Below, in pieces: positions 63,870 to 64,000 of a stretch of DNA of 64,000 bases (its first letter is position 1; each line of letters opens with the position of its first letter). A program made the translations under genes and the position numbers. This DNA comes from Sphaerodactylus townsendi (taxonomy: Eukaryota): NCBI RefSeq assembly GCF_021028975.2, contig NC_059429.1:107012001-107076000 (forward strand), written 5' to 3'. Under the pieces are notes generated by a model. That model saw only the letters and a program-made list of their open reading frames with translations. It made no database searches and was not told where the DNA came from.

Positions 63870-64000
63870 AGAAGAGGAGGAGTTTGGATTTATAGCCTGC
63901 CTTTCTGTGTCTTTAAGGAGACTCAGAGTGATTTACAGTCACATTCACTGTCCCTCCCCACAACAGTCACCTGGTGAGGTTGGTGGGGCCGAGAGAGTCC
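63870..64000 (-). mobile_element. Squam3-like SINE 3' part (runs off the window)
   Basis: gaagaagaggaggagtttggatttata matches the copy at 50951. Confidence 0.7.

Noticed and set aside
1-64000. CRISPR array or prokaryotic operon
   Set aside because: No regularly spaced repeat-spacer array; the sequence is eukaryotic, with low coding density.

Overview
This is eukaryotic, repeat-rich vertebrate DNA. The repeat set (young CR1 and L2 LINEs, 5S-headed Sauria-type SINEs, tRNA/CORE SINEs, DIRS, Ty1/copia, Harbinger, hAT and pogo MITEs, a Helitron) points to a squamate reptile, probably a gecko (inference). One CpG island (~37200-37960) looks like a bidirectional promoter. To the right it starts a plus-strand gene whose non-coding first exon ends in a (CTG)7CTA(CTG)4 tract directly at a GTGAGT donor, followed by a long intron; I found no coding exon for it in the window. 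To the left it starts a minus-strand spliced ORF I cannot assign to a known protein (exons 37248-37185, 34087-33905, 29307-29259, possibly 26466 onward). Much of the rest is transposon-derived, often nested: a copia element split by a truncated CR1 that itself holds a full-length CR1, and a four-layer MITE>SINE>Helitron>hAT stack. Most short ORFs in the track are noise or TE fragments. I found no clear new biological system. The best leads are the orphan gene, its duplicated hairpin-masked splice donor, and the copia and Harbinger remnants. All calls are by eye, and boundaries without TSDs are approximate.
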